From: a virus
Taxonomy: Duplodnaviria > Caudoviricetes
Length of the DNA: 64,000 nt
IMG/VR virus record: IMGVR_UViG_3300031994_000071
Span: 11,222-75,221 of that record
Strand: one strand, 5' to 3'
Shown here: in pieces, positions 8,918 through 17,522 of the stretch
Position numbering within the stretch: the first letter of the stretch is position 1
Layout: each line of letters opens with the position of its first letter
Made by a program: the position numbers and the translations under genes
Notes under the pieces: generated by a model
Told to the model about the DNA's origin: nothing
The model's input: the letters and a program-made list of their open reading frames with translations, nothing else
Databases searched by the model: none

Positions 8918-9985
8918 CTATACCAATGGCGAGTCTATCACGTTGACCCGGCCAAATGTTTTACTGAATTCCGATAACCTATCCATCTCGTCGCAGTGCG
9001 TCACTTCCACCTCAAACGGAATACCCCTCGCGTCCTTGACGATTCTGTCACGCAGCGAATTGATGTCCAGGATGCCGTATCGGAAGGCACCCTGGCTGTT
9101 GTTGTAGTGGTTCGTCCTGTCCTCCTGGACGGTAGAGGCGATGCTGATCCTGGAGACTTCACCGGCCAGGTGTCCATCTCCGTGCCTGGTGAGGTACGGT
9201 CGTGTCACGTAGTGGGCGGTGATGTCCTGGATGCCCATCTTTTTCGCCATTTCCAGGGCGTATGTTATGCCGGTATCCGATGGCGTCGTATCTGGCGTAT
9301 CCTTGCCCGTATCGCACAGCAGCAAGCCTTGACCGTTCTCGAAGATTACGTTTTCATAGGACAGTGAACTGATGTCGCACGGAAATGTGTGCTCGTACAT
9401 GAACTCGCAGTCGCTTATGAAGTGGAATGCTATGTTGAGATCGTCCCAGGTCTTCTTCCAGTGCGAAGGAATCTCCATGGACTTCTCGTAATAGTTCTTC
9501 ACGCGGCCAAGGTACGACAGCCTCTCATGGTCCTCCCGGTACATGAATTCGTCGAAGGTGATGCCAATGGACTTATACCGCTTGATGGTATTCCAGATGC
9601 CCATGCCGCAGGAGCATTGGCGCTTGCGCTGCTCCTCTGAAATGAGGTTGGCCATGACGTCGTAAGGCGTGCTCCACAGGCAGTCCCGGTCACGATAAAT
9701 GTAAGCGGGCTTCACGATAAGCGCCTCATACTCCTGCACGAATTGCATGGGATTGAGAATGAAAAAGCGGGAATAGTAACTGTCTGCACCATGGTACGTG
9801 CCGGATCCGAAATGCTGGAACGTAATGCTTCCATCCTTGGTAAGGATAGAGTGCCCACGTTGGGAGCCTCCGTTGGTCAGGACGTTAAGGACGCCACCTC
9901 CTTTTGCTTTTTTTACATAGGACGCGACTACCGTCCCCTTTCCTTCATCGCCATAGTTGGCGCCAATTACTATTCTCGCTTTCAT
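8918..9985 (-). CDS. Divergent adenylosuccinate-synthetase-family (PurA-like) ligase
   Basis: GANYGDEGKG P-loop, GGSQRGHS, ENGQGLLL, VTRPYLTRHG; 355 aa, shorter than canonical PurA. Confidence 0.9.
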   Translation of the reverse strand: MKARIVIGANYGDEGKGTVVASYVKKAKGGGVLNVLTNGGSQRGHSILTKDGSITFQHFGSGTYHGADSYYSRFFILNPMQFVQEYEALIVKPAYIYRDRDCLWSTPYDVMANLISEEQRKRQCSCGMGIWNTIKRYKSIGITFDEFMYREDHERLSYLGRVKNYYEKSMEIPSHWKKTWDDLNIAFHFISDCEFMYEHTFPCDISSLSYENVIFENGQGLLLCDTGKDTPDTTPSDTGITYALEMAKKMGIQDITAHYVTRPYLTRHGDGHLAGEVSRISIASTVQEDRTNHYNNSQGAFRYGILDINSLRDRIVKDARGIPFEVEVTHCDEMDRLSEFSKTFGRVNVIDSPLV

Positions 9986-9988
9986 ACT

Positions 9989-10849
9989 CTACCATTTAAT
10001 ACCTTCGTTGTCTGCGGTCTTCCGGGAAACGCCTGACTGACGGACGGACTCCGTGATGCAATCCTCGATAACCTGCGCGAGGGAGTCGATGGTTGCTACC
10101 TTGTAACGATCACCGAGGGCCTGCCCGAAACTGTTGTCCACGGCATACTTGTAACGCTGATAGCAGTCACGGGGGCTGTCAACGGCGATATGGAAGATGT
10201 CGAACTTCTTGGAAGCCTCGGCATACAGGGCCGGTGTCTCAACATCGCTCTCCTCCGTACCGTTGATGGCACTGTTAAGGGCGTGCTGGGGAAGATACGG
10301 GTTCAGCGGCTCGTCTCCCATGGTGATGATGATGCCCTTGCGGCCCTGCTTGTCGAAGCAGTCGAGTTTCGTGCGCGTGAGGCCCATGTACCATGCTGCG
10401 GTGTAACTCTCATAGCCGTTTCCGCCGCCACCGTGCTCCATGAAGATTTTGTCCAGGGATTCGGCGATACGGATGTCGCTTTCAAACTGACTCATCTGGA
10501 TGGGTGCTTCATCGTAGGCCAGATCACCGATGCCCATCATGCAGAACTCGATATCATCGAACTTCTTGTAGAGGTTCATGATAATCGTGCCCAGGGCCGC
10601 TGCGGTCTCCTTGCAAGCCTCGCCCATCGAGCCGGTCACGTCCAGACCGAGGATGACGGGGATTGTGTTCGGATGCTCCTCACTGTTGACACACTCGCGC
10701 ACGGTGAAATTGCGCGGGTTGAGCGACGGATCAATATGCCTCGCCACAAACTCCTGGCCGGTCGTGCGACCGGTCTTGGAATCGTAGGTCCTGCCCATTG
10801 TGTGAGCATAGTTCTGCATGGAACTATGCGATACGGTTCCGCTTCCCAT
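9989..10849 (-). CDS. von Willebrand factor A (vWA) domain protein
   Basis: ILGLDVTGSM MIDAS-like motif, GGGGNGYESY, ITMGDEP. Confidence 0.85.
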   Translation of the reverse strand: MGSGTVSHSSMQNYAHTMGRTYDSKTGRTTGQEFVARHIDPSLNPRNFTVRECVNSEEHPNTIPVILGLDVTGSMGEACKETAAALGTIIMNLYKKFDDIEFCMMGIGDLAYDEAPIQMSQFESDIRIAESLDKIFMEHGGGGNGYESYTAAWYMGLTRTKLDCFDKQGRKGIIITMGDEPLNPYLPQHALNSAINGTEESDVETPALYAEASKKFDIFHIAVDSPRDCYQRYKYAVDNSFGQALGDRYKVATIDSLAQVIEDCITESVRQSGVSRKTADNEGIKW

Positions 10850-10850
10850 A

Positions 10851-10952
10851 CTACTTCTCCTCCTTCTCTTCTTTGGGTTCTTCCTTGGTCTCTTCCTGAG
10901 CAGGCTTTTCCTTTGCGTACTGCTCGAAATCTGTGCTGTTAATCTGTCCCAT
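10851..10952 (-). CDS. 33-aa Glu/Lys-rich micro-ORF (below the ORF-track cutoff)
   Basis: MGQINSTDFEQYAKEKPAQEETKEEPKEEKEEK-TAG; 2 nt after the upstream stop and 1 nt before the vWA ATG. Confidence 0.6.
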   Translation of the reverse strand: MGQINSTDFEQYAKEKPAQEETKEEPKEEKEEK

Positions 10953-10954
10953 AA

Positions 10955-11557
10955 TTATTCTTCTTCTTTGGTTTCAGTTTCTTCTTCCTCGGCAGCATCA
11001 AGGGAAAAATCAAACATGCCCTCGAAGGGGTTTTCCTTGCCGCCGCCCATAAACATAGACATGGCCATCATCTGACCTATTCCGCTGTTCTTTCCGTTGT
11101 CTCCTTCCATCATCTGAGAGAACATCATCATCTTGATGACGTTGCCCATGCCCTTGCCGCCCTGGAAGGCGTTACCGAACATGGAGACAATCTTTCCGTA
11201 GAAGTAGGTGCTGCCCATGAACACGTGGCGCTCCGGCACCACCTGGCGCACCTCACTGTTCTCGTAGTCGATGACCGTGATGATCTTCTTGTCAACGGCG
11301 GTGACGCACTTGGGCTTGTCACCGACGATGATGATGTCACCAACGGCTACCTTGTTGGTAGGGATGACGAAAAACATCTCGTCACCGATGTTGAAGCAGA
11401 AGTTGGTGACGTTCGTGAGCGTCCCCTTCTTCACGTTGTAGGACTTGTACCCGTTGCTGCACTTGACGGCCACATTGCCGTTCATGGTAAGCCGACACAT
11501 GCCGGGAGCAATCTTACCGAACATGCCATTGAAGGCATTCTGAATGTTTTCAAACAT
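10955..11557 (-). CDS. Conserved hypothetical protein, first gene of the vWA/PurA-like operon
   Basis: 200 aa, beta-rich N-terminus, Met/Gly-rich C-terminus, strong codon bias. Confidence 0.85.
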   Translation of the reverse strand: MFENIQNAFNGMFGKIAPGMCRLTMNGNVAVKCSNGYKSYNVKKGTLTNVTNFCFNIGDEMFFVIPTNKVAVGDIIIVGDKPKCVTAVDKKIITVIDYENSEVRQVVPERHVFMGSTYFYGKIVSMFGNAFQGGKGMGNVIKMMMFSQMMEGDNGKNSGIGQMMAMSMFMGGGKENPFEGMFDFSLDAAEEEETETKEEE

Positions 11558-11770
11558 GACTCTTTTTAATTTTGGTTTTTGGTCTCTTAATCTTAATCAG
11601 TACGTCCGGCGGGACGATCTTGTCCTCTCCCAGGACGCGGATGATAACCAGCGGAGCGTTCGTAAATACGTCCCTCGTGAGGCTATCAATGAAAGCGAAG
11701 TGGTGTTTTACCCCCCCCTATTGGCCGGGATTTTCACCTTCAATCCTACGGTACATTCTTCAATTTTCAT
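11550..11770 (-). pseudogene. Small gene interrupted at a G8 tract (73 aa if G9)
   Basis: ATG 11770 reads MKIEECTVGLKVKIPANRGG then TAA right after G8 (11711-11718); the shifted frame runs VKHHFAFIDS...KKSHV-TGA and overlaps the ATG at 11557. Confidence 0.65.
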
Positions 11771-11774
11771 GCCA

Positions 11775-12005
11775 TTATCTCCTAAATTTGCGAGCAAGCC
11801 GCTGCTGCTCCTTCATGTACTCAACATTTTCGTGCTCAGGCGAGTATTTCTCCTCCATTGCACGCTTGTATTTCTCGATGTCCTCGGTAATCAGGTCCTG
11901 ACTGATCGGGTGGTTCCCGACATCCTCAAGTTCGCGCTTGATTTTCAGGTAATCCTCGTCTCCGAACATCTCGGCAAATTTTCTAAGCGTAACATCACTG
12001 TCCAT
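11775..12005 (-). CDS. Hypothetical protein
   Basis: Co-oriented ORF. Confidence 0.65.
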   Translation of the reverse strand: MDSDVTLRKFAEMFGDEDYLKIKRELEDVGNHPISQDLITEDIEKYKRAMEEKYSPEHENVEYMKEQQRLARKFRR

Positions 12006-12161
12006 CGAACAGCCCTCCTCCCTCTTTCTGGCTCTTTATCTCGGCGTCCACGATTTTCTCCAGGCGCTTCGATTCGTCCAGGTCAAACTGCTTGTGGAAC
12101 GTAAAGAAATTGCGCTGATGCGTGCGCATCTTCTCAACCAGGTTAACGAATTCCTTGTAAC

Positions 12162-12425
12162 TCATTGGTCTCTCAGTGAATCGGGAAAAACATAGTCACG
12201 GAGTTGGTCGAAGGTGTCGCAAAGTTGGTCCTCATGGAACCCCTCATAATTATCAACCCCATCCAGATAATACGTAACGTGTCCAAAGTTGTTATTTGCC
12301 CCGTGCTCGTCTATCTCTGCGCCCTGGACACGAATCTTCTTGATTACCATTCTCGATGGATAACCATTATTCATTATCCAAACCTTGTCACCAACGTTGT
12401 ATTTGATTTTGATAGTGAACTCCAT
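12162..12425 (-). CDS. Hypothetical SH3-like protein; similar to 37890-38144
   Basis: KYNVGDKVW versus KYNVCDKVS N-termini. Confidence 0.7.
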   Translation of the reverse strand: MEFTIKIKYNVGDKVWIMNNGYPSRMVIKKIRVQGAEIDEHGANNNFGHVTYYLDGVDNYEGFHEDQLCDTFDQLRDYVFPDSLRDQ

Positions 12426-12439
12426 ATCAGATAAATAAA

Positions 12440-12508
12440 GGGGCCGGTTGTGAGGAACTTACCCGGGAAGTATCATAGGCAATCACTATTTACCGTTCCA
12501 CCGGCCCC
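12440..12508 (-). ncRNA. Candidate structured intergenic RNA element (multi-stem)
   Basis: GGGGCCGGT/ACCGGCCCC outer stem, GGAAC/GTTCC, GGTAA-ATAGTGA-TTGCC inner hairpin; U-rich tail. Confidence 0.5.
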
Positions 12509-12516
12509 AGGTTCAA

Positions 12517-13170
12517 CTACTCTCCTTCCGGCTCCTCTTCCATACCGGGAAGGGTGGCCTCGGTCTGGATGGGCATGATGATGGCGGAAGGTCCGGCCTT
12601 CTGGTCCTCCTCCATCACAGACTTGATGAAAATCTTCCCGTCCGCCTGGGTAAAGTCCATCTGGACGCTATCCATGTTGAGCGCCTGGGAAATCTTGTGG
12701 AGCAGCGCGGTGTTGATGCCCACCTTGTTGAGCGGCTTCCATCCGTCCTCGGTAGCCAGGAACCCTTCAATCTTCTGCACGAATTCCTTGTCGGACCGCT
12801 CCAGACGGAAGCGCACCTGTTCGCCCTGGTACACGGCCTTGATGTACACGACCGGCTCGGCCTCCTCCAGGAGGTTGTCGTAGGCGTCCTCAGTGGTGAG
12901 CGTCTTTTCGATGGTCACGACGTCGAAGCCGTAGATGAGTTTGAGGATCTTCGCGTGGACGCAGAAGCCGTTGAGTGAAGCAATCTGTTCGTCATCGAAC
13001 GGAGTGCAGTAAGTAAGGGGCACCCTGATAATGATGTGCCTGTCGGTTGCGTAGGCATTACCGTGCTCGAAATACACGCGCTCAGTGTTGCCGTCCGTCG
13101 AGGATTCAGCCTTCTCGCAAGCGGCGAAAAGTTTGTAATCCTTTTTGAAGTTAATCCTTTCTTTTGCCAT
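12517..13170 (-). CDS. Protein resembling a partial DNA polymerase III beta-clamp fold
   Basis: YFEHGNAYATDRHIIIRV resembles the clamp VATDGHRL strand; 217 aa with acidic tail. Confidence 0.5.
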   Translation of the reverse strand: MAKERINFKKDYKLFAACEKAESSTDGNTERVYFEHGNAYATDRHIIIRVPLTYCTPFDDEQIASLNGFCVHAKILKLIYGFDVVTIEKTLTTEDAYDNLLEEAEPVVYIKAVYQGEQVRFRLERSDKEFVQKIEGFLATEDGWKPLNKVGINTALLHKISQALNMDSVQMDFTQADGKIFIKSVMEEDQKAGPSAIIMPIQTEATLPGMEEEPEGE

Positions 13171-13846
13171 AGATATTGGGATTTAATTGTTTGATAATAT
13201 CCACCTCTTCTTTGTGCCGTTTTAAGGCCGCATGAACGCGGCTGTCCTTGTGGATGGTGTATTCCACCAAAACCTTCGGGATATTGAAAATCTGGCCGTT
13301 TTCCGCGCCTTCCAGGAGGCGAATCCAGAATTCCCAGTCCTCGTACAACGTCCCTTCCCTGTAACCGCCCACCCGGAACCAGTCGGAACGACGGAAACAG
13401 CATGTGTTCGTGAGGGAGTTCCGTTTCAGCAGGGATTCGTACCCGTGCCAGGTGTGCGCCACGATCTTGTCAATTCCCTCACCCTTCCTGTGATCCTGCG
13501 GGACGGCCAGCCTCAGGCCGGGGATGTGAGAGAACGCCATGGCAAACTCATACAGGGCATCCGGGTAAAGCCAGTCATCCGCATCGAGCGGAACAATCAG
13601 CCCGTCACCGGCCCTGTCAATCGCAAGATTCCTGGCAGCAGCCACACCATGATTATCGGTCCTGATGCCGGTGCATCGAGGATCCGTACCCAGTGCGCGT
13701 TCAATAGCGGACCAGGAGCCGTCCGTGGAGCCATCGTCAACAACAATGAGCCGCCAGTTGCGGAATGTCTGCATCTGGACGGATCGGATGGCCATAGCCA
13801 CATATTCTTCTGCATTATAGCAGGGTATAATCACCGATATGAGCAT
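13151..13846 (-). CDS. Glycosyltransferase family 2 (GT-A)
   Basis: ISVIIPCYNAEEY, VVDDGSTDGS, GVAAARN, LDADD (DxD), YEDWEFWIR. Confidence 0.95.
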   Translation of the reverse strand: MLISVIIPCYNAEEYVAMAIRSVQMQTFRNWRLIVVDDGSTDGSWSAIERALGTDPRCTGIRTDNHGVAAARNLAIDRAGDGLIVPLDADDWLYPDALYEFAMAFSHIPGLRLAVPQDHRKGEGIDKIVAHTWHGYESLLKRNSLTNTCCFRRSDWFRVGGYREGTLYEDWEFWIRLLEGAENGQIFNIPKVLVEYTIHKDSRVHAALKRHKEEVDIIKQLNPNIYGKRKD

Positions 13847-13861
13847 AGGTTGGTGCGAATT

Positions 13862-14191
13862 TTATGATGTTCCTGCAAGTTTCATGCCAGACTTGCTTAT
13901 TTCGTTTTTAACATACTCACACATGTCGAAGAAATTATTGTATGCCTTGCGGGCCTTCCTGTCCCAGTACCACCTGGTAAGGAACGTAGCCTTGACTGCC
14001 CTTGTGGCATACTTCATGACGGTATTTGCAGAGGACATAACGGCCTCCTTCATTGCCAACTGAAATATGTGCTCAAACATGCCGCTGATTTCCTCCGTGC
14101 TCTCTAAGCACTTGGCGAAAGCGTCAGCAAGTTCCTGGGCCATCTTCTCGTCCAGGGGCTTGATTTCGCTGCTCAAACTCGATTCTTGCAT
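13862..14191 (-). CDS. Hypothetical protein
   Basis: Co-oriented ORF; its 3' end carries a sigma54 site. Confidence 0.65.
   Translation of the reverse strand: MQESSLSSEIKPLDEKMAQELADAFAKCLESTEEISGMFEHIFQLAMKEAVMSSANTVMKYATRAVKATFLTRWYWDRKARKAYNNFFDMCEYVKNEISKSGMKLAGTS
13874..13889 (-). promoter_or_regulatory. sigma54-type -24/-12 site upstream of GT2
   Basis: Minus strand TGGCATG-AAAC-TTGCA; GT2 ATG about 28 nt downstream. Confidence 0.65.
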
Positions 14192-14612
14192 TATTGAAAA
14201 TCTCCTTTTCTATTTCTTTCATCGCCTCTTTGTATTCAGGCGTATTCATTATTTCTTCAAGTGAGGCCTTTTCAACCCATTCCACCTTGCACCCTTCCGG
14301 AAGCCTCATTATACGCCCTGGTGTCGCCAGGCCATTCTGCAAGGTCGCAAGATCAACCGGCCCCTTAATGATCAGCGTCGGGTGGATTGCTCTTTCAAGC
14401 GCCTTTTGGTAAGCATCGAGCGGACCCGCCAGAGCATTTGCTATGCTCACCAACTCGTCGTGGAATGTATTTAGGAAAGACCCCTTAATCTCGTCCGGAC
14501 TCTGTAAATCCTCGTACATCCAGTTCACATTCTCCGAAACGAAATTGTACAGTTTTTCCTTATCCCACATTTCCTCAAGGCGGCGCAGAAACATTTTGTT
14601 TGACTCACTCAT
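14124..14612 (-). CDS. Hypothetical protein
   Basis: Co-oriented ORF. Confidence 0.65.
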   Translation of the reverse strand: MSESNKMFLRRLEEMWDKEKLYNFVSENVNWMYEDLQSPDEIKGSFLNTFHDELVSIANALAGPLDAYQKALERAIHPTLIIKGPVDLATLQNGLATPGRIMRLPEGCKVEWVEKASLEEIMNTPEYKEAMKEIEKEIFNNARIEFEQRNQAPGREDGPGTC

Positions 14613-14907
14613 GACGCATCCTCTCCTTAAGGTGGCCGATACGGCGCTTGTGCCATGCTATCTCAGCCTCGTAGATGCTGTTCCAGCACTCCTTGCTCGC
14701 GTCGTAGCGATAGTATTCTGCATCAGCAAGATGCTTGTTGTAGAACTTCGGCATCCCATCATACTTCTCATCCATGAAGATGGAATACTCAGAGTTGTGC
14801 GGATGCTCGCAGACAAACTCAATGATGTCCGCATTGCCGGTGAACGTGTTAATCGTCCAGATCTTGTCACCAGGCTTCAACTGCTTAATTTCTGTAATAC
14901 GTTCCAT
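14605..14907 (-). CDS. Hypothetical protein
   Basis: Start MERITEIKQLKPGDKIW. Confidence 0.65.
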   Translation of the reverse strand: MERITEIKQLKPGDKIWTINTFTGNADIIEFVCEHPHNSEYSIFMDEKYDGMPKFYNKHLADAEYYRYDASKECWNSIYEAEIAWHKRRIGHLKERMRHE

Positions 14908-14909
14908 GG

Positions 14910-15053
14910 TTAAAATGGTGATTTTTGCCCAAGCGAGTACGCCTGGAAGTATAACTTCTGCTGCTCGGTCAGGTTTTGGAACCACTGATCGAACAGGTGC
15001 TGATATTTCGGAGCCACGTTGTAACGCCACTCTTTTTGCAGATACTCTTTCAT
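14910..15053 (-). CDS. Small hypothetical protein
   Basis: Start MKEYLQKEW overlaps the upstream stop. Confidence 0.55.
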   Translation of the reverse strand: MKEYLQKEWRYNVAPKYQHLFDQWFQNLTEQQKLYFQAYSLGQKSPF

Positions 15054-15250
15054 AGAATCCAATCCAAAATTGCGTGGATAAGCATGAAGGGGAGCATAAG
15101 TATAAGGATTGGCAACATAATCGGCCAGAAAGCACCGGCGATGGTACACATGTCCGTCTCCTCGTCAAGGACAACGCCATAAAGGATGCCAGTGACTATG
15201 GCTATGAATATGTAGCCAATCACAATGAGAACTATCCAATACCAGGCCAT
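15050..15250 (-). CDS. Small membrane protein (2 TM)
   Basis: Two long hydrophobic segments. Confidence 0.7.
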   Translation of the reverse strand: MAWYWIVLIVIGYIFIAIVTGILYGVVLDEETDMCTIAGAFWPIMLPILILMLPFMLIHAILDWIL

Positions 15251-15255
15251 AACGA

Positions 15256-15537
15256 TCAGTTTTGAAGTTGCGTCGCTGCAAGAATTATGCCATTGGCAAG
15301 GTCCTTCGCGGTGTCCACGTCCTCTTTGCAGATATGGCCGAGCGCGTTGATGAGGTCGTGGCGGATAGCCTCGGCCCCGGAATCCTCCATCACCCAGGAT
15401 ATGCCAACGCCATCCTTGTTGTGGATGAACATCATTCCCTTGTAGCCGTGCTCAGTGAGCCATGTTACCATTTCGTTCAATTTTGCGGTGTCTTCCGCTG
15501 ACGGAGAGAAGCCGTCCTGGTGTTTCATCTGTTCCAT
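15256..15537 (-). CDS. Hypothetical protein
   Basis: Co-oriented abutting ORF. Confidence 0.65.
   Translation of the reverse strand: MEQMKHQDGFSPSAEDTAKLNEMVTWLTEHGYKGMMFIHNKDGVGISWVMEDSGAEAIRHDLINALGHICKEDVDTAKDLANGIILAATQLQN
15277..15292 (-). promoter_or_regulatory. sigma54-type -24/-12 site
   Basis: Minus strand TGGCATA-ATTC-TTGCA; ATG 15250 just downstream. Confidence 0.6.
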
Positions 15538-15538
15538 A

Positions 15539-16021
15539 CTATTCGTGTTTCATAAAACAAATCCAATGCGTGTTTGCTCTCTTGCCGGAGATATGGCCGA
15601 ACACCGGCTTCTCCGGAGTGAGTTTCAGAATCTCGGACACTTTAATGTCGGTCTCGTTCCACTTGAAGATGAGGAAGCCGCCAGGTACCAGGACGCGGAA
15701 GCATTCGGCAAAACCCTTTGTCAGAACTTCCTTCCATTGCCCTCTCGGAAGCCAGCCGTATTTCTCCATTTGCCAGCCTTTTGTCTCCTTCTCGGAGGTG
15801 TATTTAAGGTGCGGCGGATCAAAAACGACCATCTTGAAGGTGTTGTCTGGATGTGGCATCGAAGTGAAGTCGGCAACCACGTCCGGCTCAACGGAGAAGG
15901 TTCGGCCTTTGTAGATGTCCTTATCCTTGAATGAGCGGATGTCCTGGAAAAGTACTCTCGGATCATTCTTATCAAAGTAGAACATCTTCCCGCCACAGCA
16001 GGCATCTAATATAGGTTTCAT
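15539..16021 (-). CDS. SAM-dependent (probably DNA amino-) methyltransferase
   Basis: ILDACCGGKMF (motif I) and VVFDPPH (motif IV). Confidence 0.9.
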   Translation of the reverse strand: MKPILDACCGGKMFYFDKNDPRVLFQDIRSFKDKDIYKGRTFSVEPDVVADFTSMPHPDNTFKMVVFDPPHLKYTSEKETKGWQMEKYGWLPRGQWKEVLTKGFAECFRVLVPGGFLIFKWNETDIKVSEILKLTPEKPVFGHISGKRANTHWICFMKHE

Positions 16022-16049
16022 AAATTATCTCTTTTAGGCTTTCGCCAGG

Positions 16050-16247
16050 TTAATGCTTACTATGCCCTATATGCCACATCCCGCAGTCAGGGCAGACGTA
16101 GGGATGGTACACGTTTTTGTTAATACCTTTCTTGTCCATGAACGCCAAAGCATCCTCCAAGGTCTTAAACTGAGCCTTCGGGACCATCTTGCCTTTCTTT
16201 GACGTCCAGTGCATTTTCAGCAGGCTGCTCCGGTGAACCTTCTTCAC
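16050..16247 (-). CDS. Small Zn-finger-like protein
   Basis: PYVCPDCGMWHIGH. Confidence 0.7.
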   Translation of the reverse strand: MKKVHRSSLLKMHWTSKKGKMVPKAQFKTLEDALAFMDKKGINKNVYHPYVCPDCGMWHIGHSKH

Positions 16248-16250
16248 GAA

Positions 16251-16574
16251 TCACCTCCTTTCCTGCACAAATTTCACACACTCGAAAGTGTCATGAGTCT
16301 CTCGGAAATCCCTGACGGCCTCTCTGCTTCCAAGGATGTCTTGAAGGTCATCGTTAAGCCAGCAATCCGTCTGATCCGGACACGAGCCTTCATCATACGG
16401 GTCTCGGCGGTCCAGGTCGTATTGGGCGCACTCCAAGTGGGCCTTGAAGTCACAGAATCCATCGTAGTCATTGACTTGATGGAAATACCTTGTGCCAGGC
16501 GTAATATCACGCCCGCAAATTGCGCAGATGTGTTTCTTTCTGGCCACTGGCCTTTCGTCTCTGATTATCGTCAT
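16251..16574 (-). CDS. Zn-binding hypothetical protein
   Basis: ARKKHICAICG...KAHLEC. Confidence 0.75.
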   Translation of the reverse strand: MTIIRDERPVARKKHICAICGRDITPGTRYFHQVNDYDGFCDFKAHLECAQYDLDRRDPYDEGSCPDQTDCWLNDDLQDILGSREAVRDFRETHDTFECVKFVQERR

Positions 16575-16743
16575 TCTGCATCCTCCTTTCTTGCGTTAAG
16601 TTCCTCTATTCTTTTGAGCCAATATCTTTTTCTTCTCCGATTCCCTGTTGCCATTGCAATACCAAGATAATAGTGGGCATCAGCAAGCCTATGGGGTATA
16701 TCATCATTTTTGACGATTGTTTCCCTGCCTTTATGTTCAATAA

Positions 16744-17268
16744 TCATTTCTTCCTTGCGTTAAGCACCTTGCCGAGTTCAGCCATATCCCGGCGAACATC
16801 ATCCATTGTGCCGCCATTCCATGATTCATATACATGCCGAGATGCTTTCTCCAAGTCTGAATCCGGTCGATCCTGCTGGAGAGAGGGGATATTGAGCAGA
16901 TCATCCATGTAGGCCCATATAGTATAGTCCGCCTTGTACTTCTTGTTCATAGCCTTCACGAATCCAGACATGTCCTTGAATGGAAATGTACATGGAGGAC
17001 TCATATACTTATCTCCGTCAGAAAGCACAACAGGTCTTGTCAGATTTGCCTCTTCGCTTACCTTATGCCATATTTCTTTAACAAATTCCGGCTGCTCCTG
17101 CTGGAGAGAAGTAATAAAGCCTTCTACTTCCTCCAATGCATCTGGGACAATTCCCCAACTATCGCAACGGTTTCTTTTGGCCCGCATCTTTAATTCACCA
17201 ACAAGCCTTTTCAGTTTTTCTGCGTCAATGTATTTGCTCATAACTTTATCCATTCCACGGCCCTCCAT
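16744..17268 (-). CDS. Hypothetical protein
   Basis: Typical MSKYIDAEKLK phage N-terminus (alternative start 17241). Confidence 0.7.
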   Translation of the reverse strand: MEGRGMDKVMSKYIDAEKLKRLVGELKMRAKRNRCDSWGIVPDALEEVEGFITSLQQEQPEFVKEIWHKVSEEANLTRPVVLSDGDKYMSPPCTFPFKDMSGFVKAMNKKYKADYTIWAYMDDLLNIPSLQQDRPDSDLEKASRHVYESWNGGTMDDVRRDMAELGKVLNARKK

Positions 17269-17521
17269 GTTTTTTCAGGTAATCATTACGCATCTTCTCT
17301 GCGCAATTCACCAGGCGTCGCGCTTCCGTTTGGACGTCCATTGCATCAATGAAGATGTCGGTACCCTGGCTGCGCACCTGCAACTCCTCTATGAGATAGT
17401 CTGCCAACGCAGACATGTAGTTTGCAGCATCATAAACTCTGTCAATATCAATCGCCGGATCCGCTGTCATCTTGATGCGGACTATGCCGCCTCCGACCTG
17501 GGTAACACTTTTTCTTGCCAT
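17246..17521 (-). CDS. Hypothetical protein
   Basis: Start MARKSVTQV. Confidence 0.6.
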   Translation of the reverse strand: MARKSVTQVGGGIVRIKMTADPAIDIDRVYDAANYMSALADYLIEELQVRSQGTDIFIDAMDVQTEARRLVNCAEKMRNDYLKKHGGPWNG

Positions 17522-17522
17522 A

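Noticed and set aside
8918-9985. PurZ / 2-aminoadenine (Z) genome
   Set aside because: P-loop has the PurA-type Asp (GDEGKG) rather than the PurZ Ser, and no dATPase, MazZ or DpoZ-like genes are in the window
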